A stretch of DNA of 64,000 nucleotides from Tubiluchus corallicola (lineage: Eukaryota; Animalia; Priapulida), in NCBI GenBank assembly GCA_030141605.1, contig JAQGDQ010000127.1:186001-250000 (forward strand), in the 5' to 3' direction. The notes below the pieces were generated by a model that did not search any database, was not told where the DNA came from, and saw only the letters and a list, made by a program, of their open reading frames with translations. Position numbers and translations under genes: made by a program. Position 1 is the first letter of the stretch. Every line of letters starts with the position of its first letter. Below are positions 27,801 to 41,200 of this stretch, piece by piece.

Positions 27801-28686
27801 AAAATTGCACGTCTGCGCACTCGATTTTGGTACACCAGTAAATTGTTGCCGTTTTCAATTGCACAACTTACAACTGCACAACTGAAAATTGCATGTCTGT
27901 AATAGGCCTAAGGTATGTTCTTCAACACAGATGTCTAGTGGTCTAGCTAAAACGTGAAATTTGTAACCCATTGATCCTTCTTTTGGTTAAAGTTATTTTT
28001 TTAAACTTAATTATGGGCTTATTCCGTTATTAACAGATAATTATTAATTAGTAATCATTAGCTATAGCTATTCTACCTAGTTGTCCTTGCATAACGTCAA
28101 ATCTGCTTGCTCCTTTGGCGATAAATATCGGTTTTGGGCAAAGTTCCTACAAAAAATGTCAACAAAATTGTATACGATAAAGGAACGTATATAAATATTA
28201 CGCTGGAATACATAATTTAAGATTAGAAAAGCGCTAAAACAACGACAGATGGTTCTCTTTAAAAGGCACCGTTTACTAGCAATGTTTCTCTTTAAGGCGT
28301 GAAATTTCTGTTTCGTTAAATTTTGAATAGAAAGATATCCCGCAACAATTTAATAAAAGTCAGCATTTGGTGCTCTTTTTTCGGCCAATCTTTGCTACAC
28401 AGTTATTATAACTTTGACATGTGAATAAATTATTGAGTGGTAAATTTTCTATAACTATATTTACCTGAGGTCGCTTCCACACTATTGGCCAAAGCTTTGG
28501 TCGATGTTTATGATAAAGCGACGTAGCATCTGCTTTGAAATCTTCATCCTCGAAGAGTGTGCCATTCTCTAGACATTCCTGCTTTATACGCATGTACTCA
28601 TTAGATGATGATGGTCCGGTACTTCCCCTAGATACCGTACTGTATACACTCCTGGTGTCACCGTTAACCCCATTGTAAACAGACAT
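7629..28686 (-). CDS. Classical calpain large subunit (CysPc protease core, C2-like/CBSW domain, penta-EF-hand), 19 coding exons, about 691 aa
   Basis: Phase-consistent GT-AG exons: 28686-28465, 28146-28077, 24773-24521, 24004-23824, 22693-22616, 20646-20558, 20124-20047, 19076-18904, 18446-18304, 15013-14796, 14193-14142, 13253-13209, 12805-12748, 10303-10233, 9087-9019, 8628-8550, 8420-8307, 7910-7855, 7655-7629 (2076 nt). Motifs: LFEDEDF, WKRP, QGQLGDCW (Cys), [17 protein letters not shown] (His), RNPWG (Asn), [31 protein letters not shown]-terminal LMTVYS*. Confidence 0.93.
9300..9660. repeat. Degenerate minisatellite, unit of about 18-19 bp (actgc[ct]aaacctgccac); related units at about 9990-10090
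   Basis: Repeated actgctaaacctgccacatt / actgccaaaacctgcac / ttgccaaacctgtc motifs. Confidence 0.8.
9735..9886. repeat. Compound (CT)n(AT)n microsatellite and a second (AT)n tract
   Basis: Directly visible at 9735-9797 and 9852-9886. Confidence 0.95.
14393..14443 (-). pseudogene. 5S rRNA-derived fragment (pseudogene or SINE3-like head)
   Basis: The minus strand reads aagttagaaacattgggcctgattagcaagtggatgggtgaccaccaggaa. This resembles the animal 5S internal control region AAGTTAAGCAACGTCGGGCCCGGTTAGTACTTGGATGGGTGACCGCCTGGGAA (recalled consensus). Confidence 0.7.
20196..20252 (+). pseudogene. Highly diverged 5S rRNA-derived fragment
   Basis: ctgcttgataacgaagttatgcagtcctgggctattctagtaaatgggtgg resembles 5S box A through box C and shares tagtaaatgg with the copy at 23052-23100. 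Confidence 0.45.
21020..21640 (-). mobile_element. Non-LTR retrotransposon (CR1/L2/Jockey-like) 3' relic with an internally duplicated 3' segment
   Basis: The minus-strand peptide [13 protein letters not shown] resembles the post-RT 'KYLGVxLDxxLS' motif. The relic ends in gtcgaaataaaataataat. It contains a near-identical direct repeat at 21079-21236 and 21256-21412. Confidence 0.55.
23052..23100 (-). pseudogene. 5S rRNA-derived fragment
   Basis: The minus strand gcgaacaaccgaagttaatcaatgcttgttagtaaatggatgggtgact matches 5S ACCGAAGTTAAGCAA...GTTAGTACTTGGATGGGTGACC with an internal deletion. Confidence 0.7.
26640..27908. mobile_element. PIF/Harbinger-like MITE relic(s) with inverted 35-bp motifs
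   Basis: 26640-26674 (gagtgcgcagacatgcaatttttaattgcgcaact) is an inverted copy of 27787-27822. A third related motif ends ...gcatgtctgtaataggcc followed by taa (GGC-starting end, TAA-like target). The family assignment is an inference. Confidence 0.5.
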
Positions 28687-31600
28687 GGTAACGAAAATTT
28701 ACCTGAAACGGGAAAACGATGAATTCACAAAAGAAAAATGCCTGCATGCATAAACAAATGATAAAACAAGTGAATTACGAGGATCGTGCTGCATACAAGT
28801 TAATCATTTGGCCTACTATTTTTATTTCTTGGCAGAGAGAAGACAGAGTAAAAGTAAATGTTCAATTTTTGCTGTGGTTAAGCCGCAACAACATTAGGAG
28901 CAAACTTGGCAGATTTGGCGGCAAATGATTAAGTCAACCAATTAATTACAAATCAAATAAATGCGGTCAAGCTGCTGCCACTCTAGTGACGCACAAATTT
29001 ACGCGTATTAATTTCGTGCATTAAACTCCAGTTAAAATCAAATACCTGACAACCGCCAAGCCAAAAATTTCCGTTAAACATAAAGCTAAATTGAGAATTA
29101 AACCTCTTATTTCCCAAGTTCAATGGCATTAGAAAGTTGTAGTGCATGACCCGAAGAAAGTAATCTATTGGGTGAGAATTTCTGCTGAGAAAAAGTGCAA
29201 ATATGACATGACAGACAATTTACTGTTCTAAATCAAACATGGTTAGTACAGACGAGCTACTCTAAGGCACGATTAACTCGAGTTCAACCTCTTACTACGT
29301 TGGAAAGAGGGATGGGAGATACGTTATGCATATTCACAAAGAAATAATCGAAAAGCAATTGTCTTCACCAGACTTCACGTCATTTCAACTGGACGGCCAA
29401 TGAAAGCATTAGCAGTTCCAAGAAAAGGCTGCAGTATAAAATTATCAACAAAAAATCCATATCTGCACCGACTGATACAGAATTTTATAGGCACCGGCCT
29501 AAACTATGTCCAACCCCCGCACGAGGTATCAACTTCCTTTATTATTCCAAAGCCGAGAAAAATTGACGACAGACGTGTAGACAGAACCGATAATTCTATA
29601 GTTGCCACATCACTAGAGCAACTATAACAAAAAAAGAATACGACGATACAAATCATACGCACCCCCCATTGTCATCATTATCAACATTATCGCGTTATGG
29701 GAATAGCTGAATGATGGTTACGTGTGCATAGCTACGAATTTGAACTGTGGCAGGACTAGTTAGTAAATAGACTGTTGACCATATCCCTCTACCATACCAC
29801 CTCTGCCATTTCAAATGCCATATTGCTTCTAGCTTTTTCCTTCGTTGAAGGAAGATGTACACACTTCCAAGCGTAGTCAAAACTCCTGTACCACTTCAGT
29901 GTCTCATGTTAAAAATTATCATTGATAAAGAGTTCAATCCACAATCGTTCAACGTTATAATACATCTCACTACTGAGTGGTGAAGGGGGGATTGCACAGT
30001 CTTCATTAGCTGTCTAATTTCTAATTACCGCGTAATGCAAAATTTCATGATGTCTAAAATAAATATAAAGTGTAGAACATTTGATAACAGTTAACAAAGG
30101 AACTTGTAATTTTCTGTAAACGTAAATTTTTCAGAGCAAGCTGAAGGACGTAAATCAAATCATCAGTTACTATCATTACTGCCAGCAATGGTCAAACGAT
30201 TGCTTAATTCACGTGAAAAGGTTATGTCATCACAATTTATAATGACTGATTCCAGGCACCTGATCAAGTAAATAGCATGGAATTTTTAGACAATCAAAAT
30301 CAGCTTAGGAATTACCAACAATACTAAAAATGATAAAGGTCACTGCAGGAGATTTATCAGTATTTTTTATCAATTACTGTATTGTTAAGCGTGGTGTAAC
30401 GATTGCGACCTTTGACATTGTTCATTTTCTTATTGCTTATAATGCTTCATGCCAAATAGAGCAAATAGGATATTTATGTCAATTAAGCAGACGAATGCAA
30501 TGAAATACATGTATATGGGACAGACATCAAACTTTATTAGAGATATTTGTACTGGCAGAGCATATACCGGGAATTAAGGCGAAAATTGGATCTCGTGCAA
30601 TTATTGAATTAAGTGGAATATGAAAATCTGCCTAATACTACTGTGTGCTTTGTCTCATTATCTCTGTGCTAACTACATAAATTATTAATTGATATGTTTC
30701 GGTGATGAGTAATAGCCTAAGCCGTCGGGTATTGTAAATCAGTTTTCGCTGCATACAAAAGATATTTGAAATGAAAAGAACTCAGTTTAAACAAAAAAAA
30801 GCCTGTGGCCTATTATAGGAAAATTGTGAATAATACGTGTAGTAAATTTTTCGCTTAATTCGTGTCCTATCAGAAATTTGCAATTATTGCAATGTTAGGT
30901 TTGTTTAAATTTTGCAAGGACTTAAATTCAAAACAAAATATGCCATAAAATTAAACGATGGCTAAACATAAGCTATATAACCAACAATCAGCTCCATTCT
31001 CGATGCACCTTGATTTGTGTGTGAGTTTGAGTAAGTTGAACGGTGAGCTACGTTTTCATTATTCTTGATTCAAGATAATTACAAATGCTATTAAGAAGTT
31101 AGTTACCAATTCGTAAATAAGACTACTGCCCCATAGTGTATAGCTACAATGCATCTGTATCAAAGCAGATAAGTAGGTGGTGCAGGGACAGCAGGGAAAA
31201 AACAACAATAAAAAAGTATGAAACGCTATAAATATGCACTTAAAACTGCCGAAATATGATATAAATATTTAGCAAAATTTATAGCATTTTATAGCCTCAA
31301 AACTTTCTGTTATTATTTCTATTTCATTTTAACAGTCGTCAGTCACAGTCAGAATTATACGATAATTTTGACATGAAGTTATAGCCCGTAGGTCGCTTAT
31401 CAGAATAGAAAAATGCAGAAAAATGCAGCGCAAAAAGATATGCATAGTATGCAGCGCAAAATGCAGCGTACTATACAACGCAAAAAGATGCCCACAAGTG
31501 CGGCGGTGTCTTATTTATGATAATTGCTTCACTGTGTTAGACTTATTGTTTTTAAATGTGAGAACTGATCTTTATTGGGCAATTATAACAATTCTGTGTT

Positions 31601-33320
31601 GTTTCCATGTAAGTGTTACTTGCGTTGTGCAGTATTTTACTCAATGCAGTTTTTAATATTTGGATTAATCTGAAAAAACAGTCACGAAGGGGCAATTAGC
31701 ATTAATAAACCGACCTTCTAAAAAGATTGAAGCTAAAGTTTAACAGACTTTTTGTTTTCATACAATTACTGCGTGCTTTTTAAAAGCCACACACCATGAA
31801 ATACAAATAGAAGCGTGTTATGGTAAGTCACAACTGGCATATAATTAGTTCTAGTCAAACTAGGAAGCATGGCACGAGGACTACTAATACAGAACAATTA
31901 ACCCTTGAATCTTATTAATTGTAAAACGAAAAACACGTCGTAAGTGGGTTAGGACAAGGTTTCCTGCACGAGACATATATTAAATGAGTCGAGCACGACG
32001 CTATGATGTAATCCTAGTTATTGGTAAAATAATACTAAAACCACTTGGCTAAAGTTGAATCGGGTGTTTCTAGCTCTATATAACCTATTGTTTACAAAAA
32101 TCATTCGTTTGTTTATCCGTCTATTCTTTGCTCACTTGATTTATTACAAAAATACGGTGTCATTCAGGCCAAATTATAGCCTATCGTATATGCCTAAAGG
32201 GTATGCAAATGCTTTATCAAAAGAAGTTATAAACAAACCATATTAAACTCATTATATTCGCTAGACAACAGGTTATATAAGCAAGGCCAAGAGATCATTA
32301 GCTTAGTTCATCCTTGAGTGTTCTACACAGCTACATTGCAGCTAAGTTTGCCAAGGTTTGCCTCGGGGCTAAAACACCAAAATTACAGCAAGTTCATGTG
32401 GGTAATGGAAGTTATGTGTGTCTTTTACCGGTTTACGCTCTCTCTGCTTAGCAGAACTTTTCAACTAAACAATGCGGATTTTTACAGATTATACTCGCCT
32501 CTTTATCTTTATTTATAAACTTTGTAAAACCCTGATAAACAAACACTAATGTTACATAGCTAGTTTAGTATACAGCCCGTGGAAACACCACTTAAGTAAT
32601 CACTTCCAATAACAAATTTGTTTTTCTTTTTATTTCAATTATATTAATGTCAATTTGCTTTTTAGGTCTATTTCAACCTTGCCAATTTAATTTTTACCAA
32701 GTTACTGTTTTACCATTTTTATACGTTAGTACCAATAAGAAACTTGTCAGGTTACATAACAATATTTAATGTGACTTAAGAGTGCAAACATTTTGATTAA
32801 TAATAAAATAATCAGGTAATCAATTAATTTAATTCTGCCAATAGCTCTGTAAATCTAATTAAGTGTAACATAAACTTTTGGTGTCGCCTTTGCAATTTTA
32901 TTTCTTGACAACAATCATGTATATTTTTCACAGTTATGAGGTAATTCTTATTACAAGACACTTTTTATTAACTAGTTTTATTATGCTACTACTTAGCTAT
33001 CTTTTGGCCTAACGTTTAAAATAAATAGATGGCGATCGAAGAACGGTGACTCCTAAGACTTTAAGCATGTAGCATAACAAATATTAAGATAAGCATGTAT
33101 AATGGCAATAATAATGTGCAGGCCTTTTATTAATTAACAGTTTTTATTGTGCATTGCTTTATAATATTGGTACAAATGTTGGTTCATTAATATCTGGAAA
33201 CCAGTAATTTGCTGGGTTTTTTCGTTTAATTAATAGTAAATTGATTTTCTTCTCGGTCTGCAATTTTGATTTTCCGTTATTCATCTTTACTATGAAATTA
33301 AATTCAAGTTCAAAACTCAC

Positions 33321-33620
33321 CAAATCCGGTGGTTAAACATTAATGATGTTCACAGCTTTCACACCAGACTGCTCCAGATAACGCGCTTAAATGAAATGCA
33401 CTCGCTTTCTTCCTAAAAACGTTTACATCCGTTCTTACTACATCCGCAACGCATCGAACCTTACACCTTTCATGTAATATGGAACACAAACGATTAATAA
33501 TGTGGTCAAATGAACTCACTAGCTTGGATGAACAGCACAAACACGGGTAGTAGCGAACATTCTGCACAGGTAGACGTTTCAATAATGAGGTTATGGAACG
33601 CACAGGGTGCGCGGCGCGTA
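33321..33620 (-). other. Candidate non-coding first exon and promoter of the calpain gene
   Basis: Strong donor TTG|gtgagttt at 33320 and a CpG-richer patch near 33600. The ATG exon begins at an acceptor (tttcag|, 28702) with an in-frame TAA before the ATG, so an upstream non-coding exon is expected. Confidence 0.4.
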
Positions 33621-36600
33621 GAGTGCTGCGGACAGGTAATAATGCAAACCTGTAAGACCAGTTTCAACGAACCATCGCAAGCGATAGCAATAAGTGTGAG
33701 TTACGAGGTATAATTCACGCTGATGCTCATACAACAATCCAAGTTCAAAGGTGTGTGAAATGCAATAAATGAATGAAGTCGTTTATTTCACGCCCAGAAC
33801 CGGAAAAAGATTCAAGTGATTCTTTTCAACGGCATATACATCTGCCTGATTGCGGAGTTCAATTACCATTTAACACAGATTGATTACCAATTTGTTAACT
33901 ACACATTAAAATTATCCAGACACTAGAATTGTCAGAATGCAAGAGCCATGTAGCTACCCTTGCCATTCCTTAACTTGGATTTTGCAAAACTTTTTGGAAA
34001 ATCTACATAAAGTATTTTTTCTAGTAAACTGTATGATGCCAGATTCACATTGGTAAAGTCGTTCTGACCAAAGACCATTCTCGACTCAGAATATCTGGTT
34101 CACACCAGATCAGTGATCAGAATGTTAGCCGTCGACATTTCGCAGATCTTTACAGCTACTGTGAATAAAAATACAAAGATATTCATATCCTGGTGTTATA
34201 TAAAATGCCCATGAAAAATTATTATTTTAAATTTATTTCATACATTTAAAAGTACATAGCTTTATGCCAAAAATTAAAACATCCAGCTACACTATAAAAT
34301 TGCAATAGAAACTACTATATGTACATAATACACAATTACACATAGGCTACATATGCACCTGGGCACAATAAAAATTACATATTTTAAAGATGTTGATCGC
34401 CTAATACAAAACATATTCTTGTGTGGTTCTATATTAGTTCTTTTGTGTCAGAGCTGTTTATTTTCAATTGGAATATGTTGTTTTGACATCTCGCTTTCAC
34501 TGATGCCCATTCATAGACATATACACACGTGCTATGACATCTAGAGATGAGAGAAATAAGTATTATTATTATTACTACTGTACTACTATTATTATCTTAT
34601 AATGGGTACACTTAAACGAGAACTCAGCAATCAATAGCAGGGCATTAATGCAGATGGTTGTGGTGGGATAGGAATCTAATGATTGTCAAGATACTCAGCC
34701 ATAAAGCACTGAAGCAGGACATCTCTCTTGGATGCACGTACTTCCCCCTTAGCTGGAGCAATATGAAACAATTCACTATTATTTTGTCGGTCCTTAACAT
34801 CAGTCACTAAGCACACACGATGGCCATTTAGTCCTTTCCTCTTCCCTGAAGACCTCTTGCCACCATTTCATGATATTTCGGAACTTTTTTAAATGATATT
34901 TTCAAGTTTGTTTAGCTGCTTCAAAGTTATTTTTCTAGGTTATACAAGGTTGTATACTTTCAAAGTTAGTATACAAAGATTTCTAGTGCAAACTGAGCCT
35001 GATTTTGATAACGAATACACAGAGAAATTAGAAATAAAACGCATTACATCCAAATATGGGATGCAATTACCTATTAATAACTGCTCCTAACTGTGCACTG
35101 AGTGCATTTGAAAGTTGTAGAAGAAATGCAATGTATGTTAACTCTGTCATCTCTATGAACACGAATATTCCATTTCTATAATTTTCAGCAATGTCAATGT
35201 TTAAGTTTTTAGAGCTATTTAAACATTACGTAGAGTGTGAGTGTCAAGTTTTCTAAGTAATTTATAAGCTGACAACCAAAATCACATTGTTAAACTGTAA
35301 GATCGTTCACAACAGCAAATACTATAAAGGTTGCTTCAAAGTGTGATAATTTATTATACAACATACTAGGTCTCACTGAAAAAATTAAAAATATTTTCTA
35401 CATTGCACTTGCTGTTTATTATAAAACTACAAAAATAATAGAAAACCAACTGAAATACATATAATCAATTTCATAAACAAGAATTACTCCTATGGCAGCA
35501 GGAAATTTAGTAGGTAAGAGATTTATTTAGAAAAAGTGTAAATTGTGTAATGAAAATGCATGTCGCAATATCAAGAAATAAATATTACTAATTACATAGC
35601 AGCAAGCATTTGCTAATTAGGATTTTAGCCGGTAATTATGAATTATGCTAAATGAAAGAGTGGCATTTTGATCCAGATCTTCCATAAACTAATTTATTCT
35701 AACAACAGTCACCTGCACTGAATATTATAGCTAGCAGCACTAATTTGGGAAGCCCTAGAATTCAACTGTGTGGATTCCAAATACACAACTATAATTACAT
35801 CTCACAGCACAGCGATAGCATGATAAACTGCAAAATAAAACATCATAGTTCAACATGAAGAATTATGCTAAAATGAAGAACTGACAACATTGAACAAAGA
35901 AATGTATTACAATAAACAACATAAAAGTTCTATACAGAACAATTTGCCAGTAGCCAGGTAACATAAAAGCTGTTCACACTGTTCTCACACAAACAGAAAT
36001 GATTAGATCACAACAATTAAAACTCAATACCATAAGTTAAAAGACAAGAAGTTTATGATTTGTGTTGCAACTTTATAAATAAGGTTAGATTTATTTTAAT
36101 CAGCTACAGAAAAGTAATAGATAATTTGGGATCTTTGACCAACACAGTAAATAGTTAACACAGACGGCTAACCCAAGAATATCACTAACATGTTAAGTTA
36201 CAAAAAGTAAAATATGGGAGAATGCGCACAGACAACTAAACAAAGAAAACTAAATTGGCAATGGTTTGCATTTGTCGTTTCACATACCCATTTTTTCGCT
36301 ACAAATATGTGAGTGTATTACAAAGTGCAAAAACTTTTTAAAGGGATTATATATAATCAGTTAAACGAAAGAATATAAATAGCAATGACAATTATTTACA
36401 CATACAATGACCTAGTTTCATAAAATATGAAATATCATTACTATTATTTACACACTATGGTGGTCTGTAAAACATGTTGCACTAAATTAACAAAACGTTG
36501 TGGCTCACTCGTAAAGTGACAAACAGATATAAGACAGAGCACTCACTTATTACACCACCGTACTAAGCTTATTTCCTAAAAACACAAACCGCAATTTGTT

Positions 36601-37715
36601 TTAAGAAGAAATGAACACCATCTATCAAGTTGCAGGAATGATAACAGGAAACTTTTTATCTCAACAATCCAGTCTGAAGAGCCAGGCAATAGGTCTGCAG
36701 ATTACAAGGTAAGCCACCATTATCTGCAAGAAATATGTAGCAAACTTTCTTATGAGAATCCCAATTATGTTTAAAAAATAATTTGCAAATAAATAACTCA
36801 GTACATTACAGTTAAACACACACATGCAAATACAAAAAAGGATGCACACGATCCAGTTTTGCCAGATCCGGTTTCAGATCTACAAATTATTGTAAACAAT
36901 ATTTCGTTTGTTTAGCCTTATGTTCATGTGGTGGCATCGCTTCTCCAATTTCAGGGTCACTGAGCAATTCTAAGTGAAAACATTGCAAACGTTGAATTAC
37001 TGTAATTTTGAAAACTTGATCCACCATTGGTTTGAAGATTAACTAAAAAACTGCCAAACAACATTTTTACTGGAAGTAGAAAGCTCTAAATTTTTAACAG
37101 ACATTTTTGTGGCAGTAGTGCTATCCTAACACACTCTTGCCACAGGGAACAACAGGTGAAGATTACTAGTATCGTTTCTGCTGCAAGCATGGAGACATAA
37201 AAACTAAGTGATACTTTGATTACTTTCATAAATTTCTGAAGATTTCAGTAGAAATTCTTCAAATTCTTTAAATGAGTTAAGACTATTCTGGTACATCTCT
37301 ATATAGAAACCTGTGACCCACACAATAAGAAATAACAAAAACATTTCCAAGCAATTTTATTTGAATTCATTAAATTCAAAACATAATTTTTTGCTCCTTT
37401 GCCTGGCATTAAATTATATTACACAAACTTCATAAATTCATAAAAAATATTCACATTTTATACTACTTCTAACCTACTATTTCAAGTAAAATCTGCAAAA
37501 TGGGGAACAATTTGTTCAATAAAATCTTTGTAAAAACATTTCTGTGTTAATTCAAATATAGTAACAAATGAACATAAATGTATGCTGCAGAAGAAAAGCA
37601 TGCTGATATAATACACATCACTTGTAAAACGTCACACAGTAAAAAAAAATTTATATCACAAATGATTTTTAGTAACCAATGTAATGCAGTATCATCTGCT
37701 TATAAAGAGTTTCAA

Positions 37716-38200
37716 AATTTGCTCGCTATAACCGAGCGTCGTTATAGCCGAGGTCAATTGTCTGAGCGTATGTGGTATATAGAAATGAATACTTTGAATT
37801 GCTTTGACTGTGACATGTGCTGACACTCGAATGCTTCATTCTTTAATTTACAATCACAACAACACAAATAGTCGCAGATGCACCAGCTTGTCTGCAGGTG
37901 GTGTATTTGATACACATTGTTACAAGCGCGATCATTAAATTAATTCCCACCCGGAAGGTTGACTTTTTGTCCTAGGTGAACAAGGCCTATTCAATTTTAC
38001 CCATTGTTTTAGAACCCGCGCTCTCGTTATATGCAGGGTAAATAGGGACACTGGGTTGGAAAATTCCCTTAAAATAAGCAAGACCTTATACTATCAGAGC
38101 TCGCTGTAAGCAATACTGAAATATATTACTTATGACCAAGGTATGGCGGGATTTTGAAATTTCCTCATAATAACCAGAGGCTTGTTATAACAGGCCTCGT
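37716..38200. mobile_element. Tigger/pogo-like MITE fragments
   Basis: Recurrent ctcg(c/t)tata(a)c motifs: ctcgctataaccgagcgtcgttatagccgagg, ctcgttatatg, cttgttataacagg. The family is inferred from motif resemblance only. Confidence 0.4.
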
Positions 38201-38232
38201 AGCTCCTGCACTACTATCTTCGCCACTGTTTT

Positions 38233-41200
38233 TCATCTAAGAGATTCAAAAGCAAAACGATGTTAAAACAAGTCCTGAATTTGCGCGATTACTGCGCATA
38301 GTAGCCTGGTGTAGTTAATCAGATTTCAAATTTTATAAAACTGTGGCATTTGTGTATTTGAGGTTGAAATGCTTATTTATCTAAAACTGGAGAACCTCAA
38401 AAAATGTATTGCTAATCACACATCAAAACAAGATCAGTAATGGACTGCTAACACTAAAGCAGTTGTGTTTAGTAACTTTTGAATTGTTTTAGCTTTACCT
38501 TTTGCTTGTTTTCCTGATGCTTCGCCTAGTCTGTACCGGTGAAGCTGATGAAGTAGACTGTGATCTCTCTGGTCTTCCTTGAGTCTTCTGAAGTAAATAA
38601 AAATACACAACTTGTTAGACTAAAAGCTTTACATCTAAGTTTTTATATATCAAAATTGTAGGGCAAAATTAGCTCGGCAATGATTAAAAGTAGGCATGAA
38701 TAAATTTCATAATTTCTCAGTTTCAAGTGTGATAGTTTTCTACCTACTTTGTTGTAAACAAACAAAGCAGCTAAGAAAAATTTTTTATTTCATTTAAGAA
38801 AACAATCTGTATTATATTTAAAATTCAAAGAAAACTAACGATTCAAGAAATATAACTAAATGCACCAAATGCCAAGTTAAGAAATTGCTGAAACTCTAAA
38901 AATGCATTTACCAAAAATTTGTCTGTGAAATTATCCAGCTTTATAGTATACAGAATAAGTATACAGTATACAGAATAAGTCACATGCACCTCATACTTAG
39001 TTAACTTGAAAATGGCATTGCCATTTTTCTGCTGTTTAAGCTTCATTTTGCCTGTGTTGTATAAGGCATGAGGGTTCTTAACACAAAAGAAGCTTTACTT
39101 GTATAAGACAAAATAAAATAATGAGAAGACATGATGCATATTCTAGAATTAACAGGACTTACTCTGCTGCTTTGTCGAGTGACACGTGAGCTATCCATTT
39201 TTTCCTCGATTATATTCTTTCCTATGTCTCCCCTGTCTTTTGCAACCTGAAACAATACTAGCATATGTAAGGTTGACAAGGATGAGAGTAGATAGAATTT
39301 ATAAATTTTAGATTAGAACTCGGGTGTTTGTTTCTTAGCATTTGGCAGTGCACTCTAATCAAGGAACTCACTTTACTGCTTTGTTGACTGACAGTGTCCT
39401 CCATTTTTTCCGATATCCTACTCTTTCCTATGTCTTCCTCCTCTTTAGCAGCCTGCATTAAAAAATTATACAAGATACACCACAGCACTTAAGTAGTGAC
39501 AACCACTGTTAAAGTCAACAAACACTAGGAAAATTAGTGAAACAACATTGCAAAATTAGCAAATCAATAAAAAATAAAAAATGAAAACATACCGGTGAAA
39601 CAACATTCCATGTGGTTGGTTTAGGTGCACTGAAAAAAATAATAGTGCTCAAAATTATTAACGCTCTACATAATACAGGTAATACGTAGTAATGTTCAAA
39701 AAAGCTTGTTTATTTAACCCTTTCACTACGTAACGTAAGGCGGCACACTGTCGCCTATGTTTTTCTTGTAAGGGACAGAAAGCGGCAGTCTGCCGCCCGA
39801 GGTCAACACTAAGGGCAGTTACCCAGGTGTGTTTATTTTACTGCTACGGCCAGGCAAAAACATTGTAGAAAAAGTTTAACAGCCGTGGGATTGTGGTTGC
39901 TTCGCAACAAGCGACGCTAACCAGCCAATCAGCATCTGAAGCCAGGTGCATTCCATAATAGTGTACTGTATAGTACGTTCTCATGGAAGATTGCTTGTTG
40001 ACAGTTGGTGAAACGTGTTTAGTAACTAGTTCTGCATCCTTATAAAATAATTGCGTATTATGGATTAGTAATATGCGAAAATTGGCTTCTAAATATAAGT
40101 ATGTGCTTATCTGTGTGGGTGTGCACGTGCGTGCATGCATGAGTGCATATATGTGTGCGTCGATATGTGTGCATGTGTATAAATAAAACTAATATTCAAT
40201 ATTAGCATTTAATAACAAATGGCTATTTGTTTATTTACAAGATTCTGTTTTAGTAACACACCACAAGAAGTTATTGTCAGATGTGCAAGAGCCAATGCGG
40301 CCCTGTTAAAAAGCAACTACATAGAGAAAGGGTTAAACAATTATTATTTACTAAAAATGATAAAACTCTGTCTCAAGAGGCAAAAGGTACAATTTCGTTT
40401 TATTGACGTACTTCGACTGAATTATCAAAACAACTTTGTACATTTTGCACTTTAATAATATTGTACTAACGGCTTGTCTGGAGAAAACGGTAGAAGTAAG
40501 TTCGTCACTGCATCTTCTAATGGACTATCTTCTTCTCTAATTCTAGTTACGGCTTTAGGTGTGCAAGGAATCGCACTGATGTCATGTGGCATGAATGTTA
40601 TATTAGATACCTGATCTGTAACAAAAGACCAACATAAAGGTAAAATCAAATCACAGCTGTAAAACATCAACTTTTTCAGAAAAAAGTTAAAAATAGCTCA
40701 AAGTGCTGATAAAAACAAGTTAACAAATAAACGATTGAACTCCAAAAACTATATTGTCCAAACCAGCACAATTATATACACATTACAAGCACATTAATTG
40801 CTTTGTAAATAAAATTTTTCAGACATTAGGTTTAGTTTTCTCTCCAAAATTTTATGAGTACTAAGTTCCTGGATTTGTCTGAAAATTAATGCATGTTTGC
40901 CACCACGCTTAGCCGAACATAGAAAATAATGACAAAAAAGTGGAAAGGATTTAGTTTAGTATCTGAGCTTGGTAATGATATAGAAGCCCTTTTTGAATCA
41001 AATAAATTCACTCAAACCAATTCAGTGTGGATGTGGAGTATAAGAACTAATCCTATTATTTGAATCAAAACAGTTCCCACCTTTGCATACCAGAATGCTA
41101 GAACAGTGAAAAACTTTACTGAATGTACATCTGGAATAATTCATAAACAACACCAAGAATTTTTTTTCTTAAAAGCTTATAGACCAGAAAAATAACAGTT

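Noticed and set aside
34560-34870. Possible RTE-type LINE 3' end on the minus strand (GKRSSGKRK.. followed by an (AAT)n-like tail)
   Set aside because: The similarity is too short and degenerate to support without a search.
38553-38575. CTGATGA motif suggesting another hammerhead or a C/D box
   Set aside because: It is the antisense of NCAPD3 coding sequence (Ser-Ser-Ala), with no stem II or GAAA partner.
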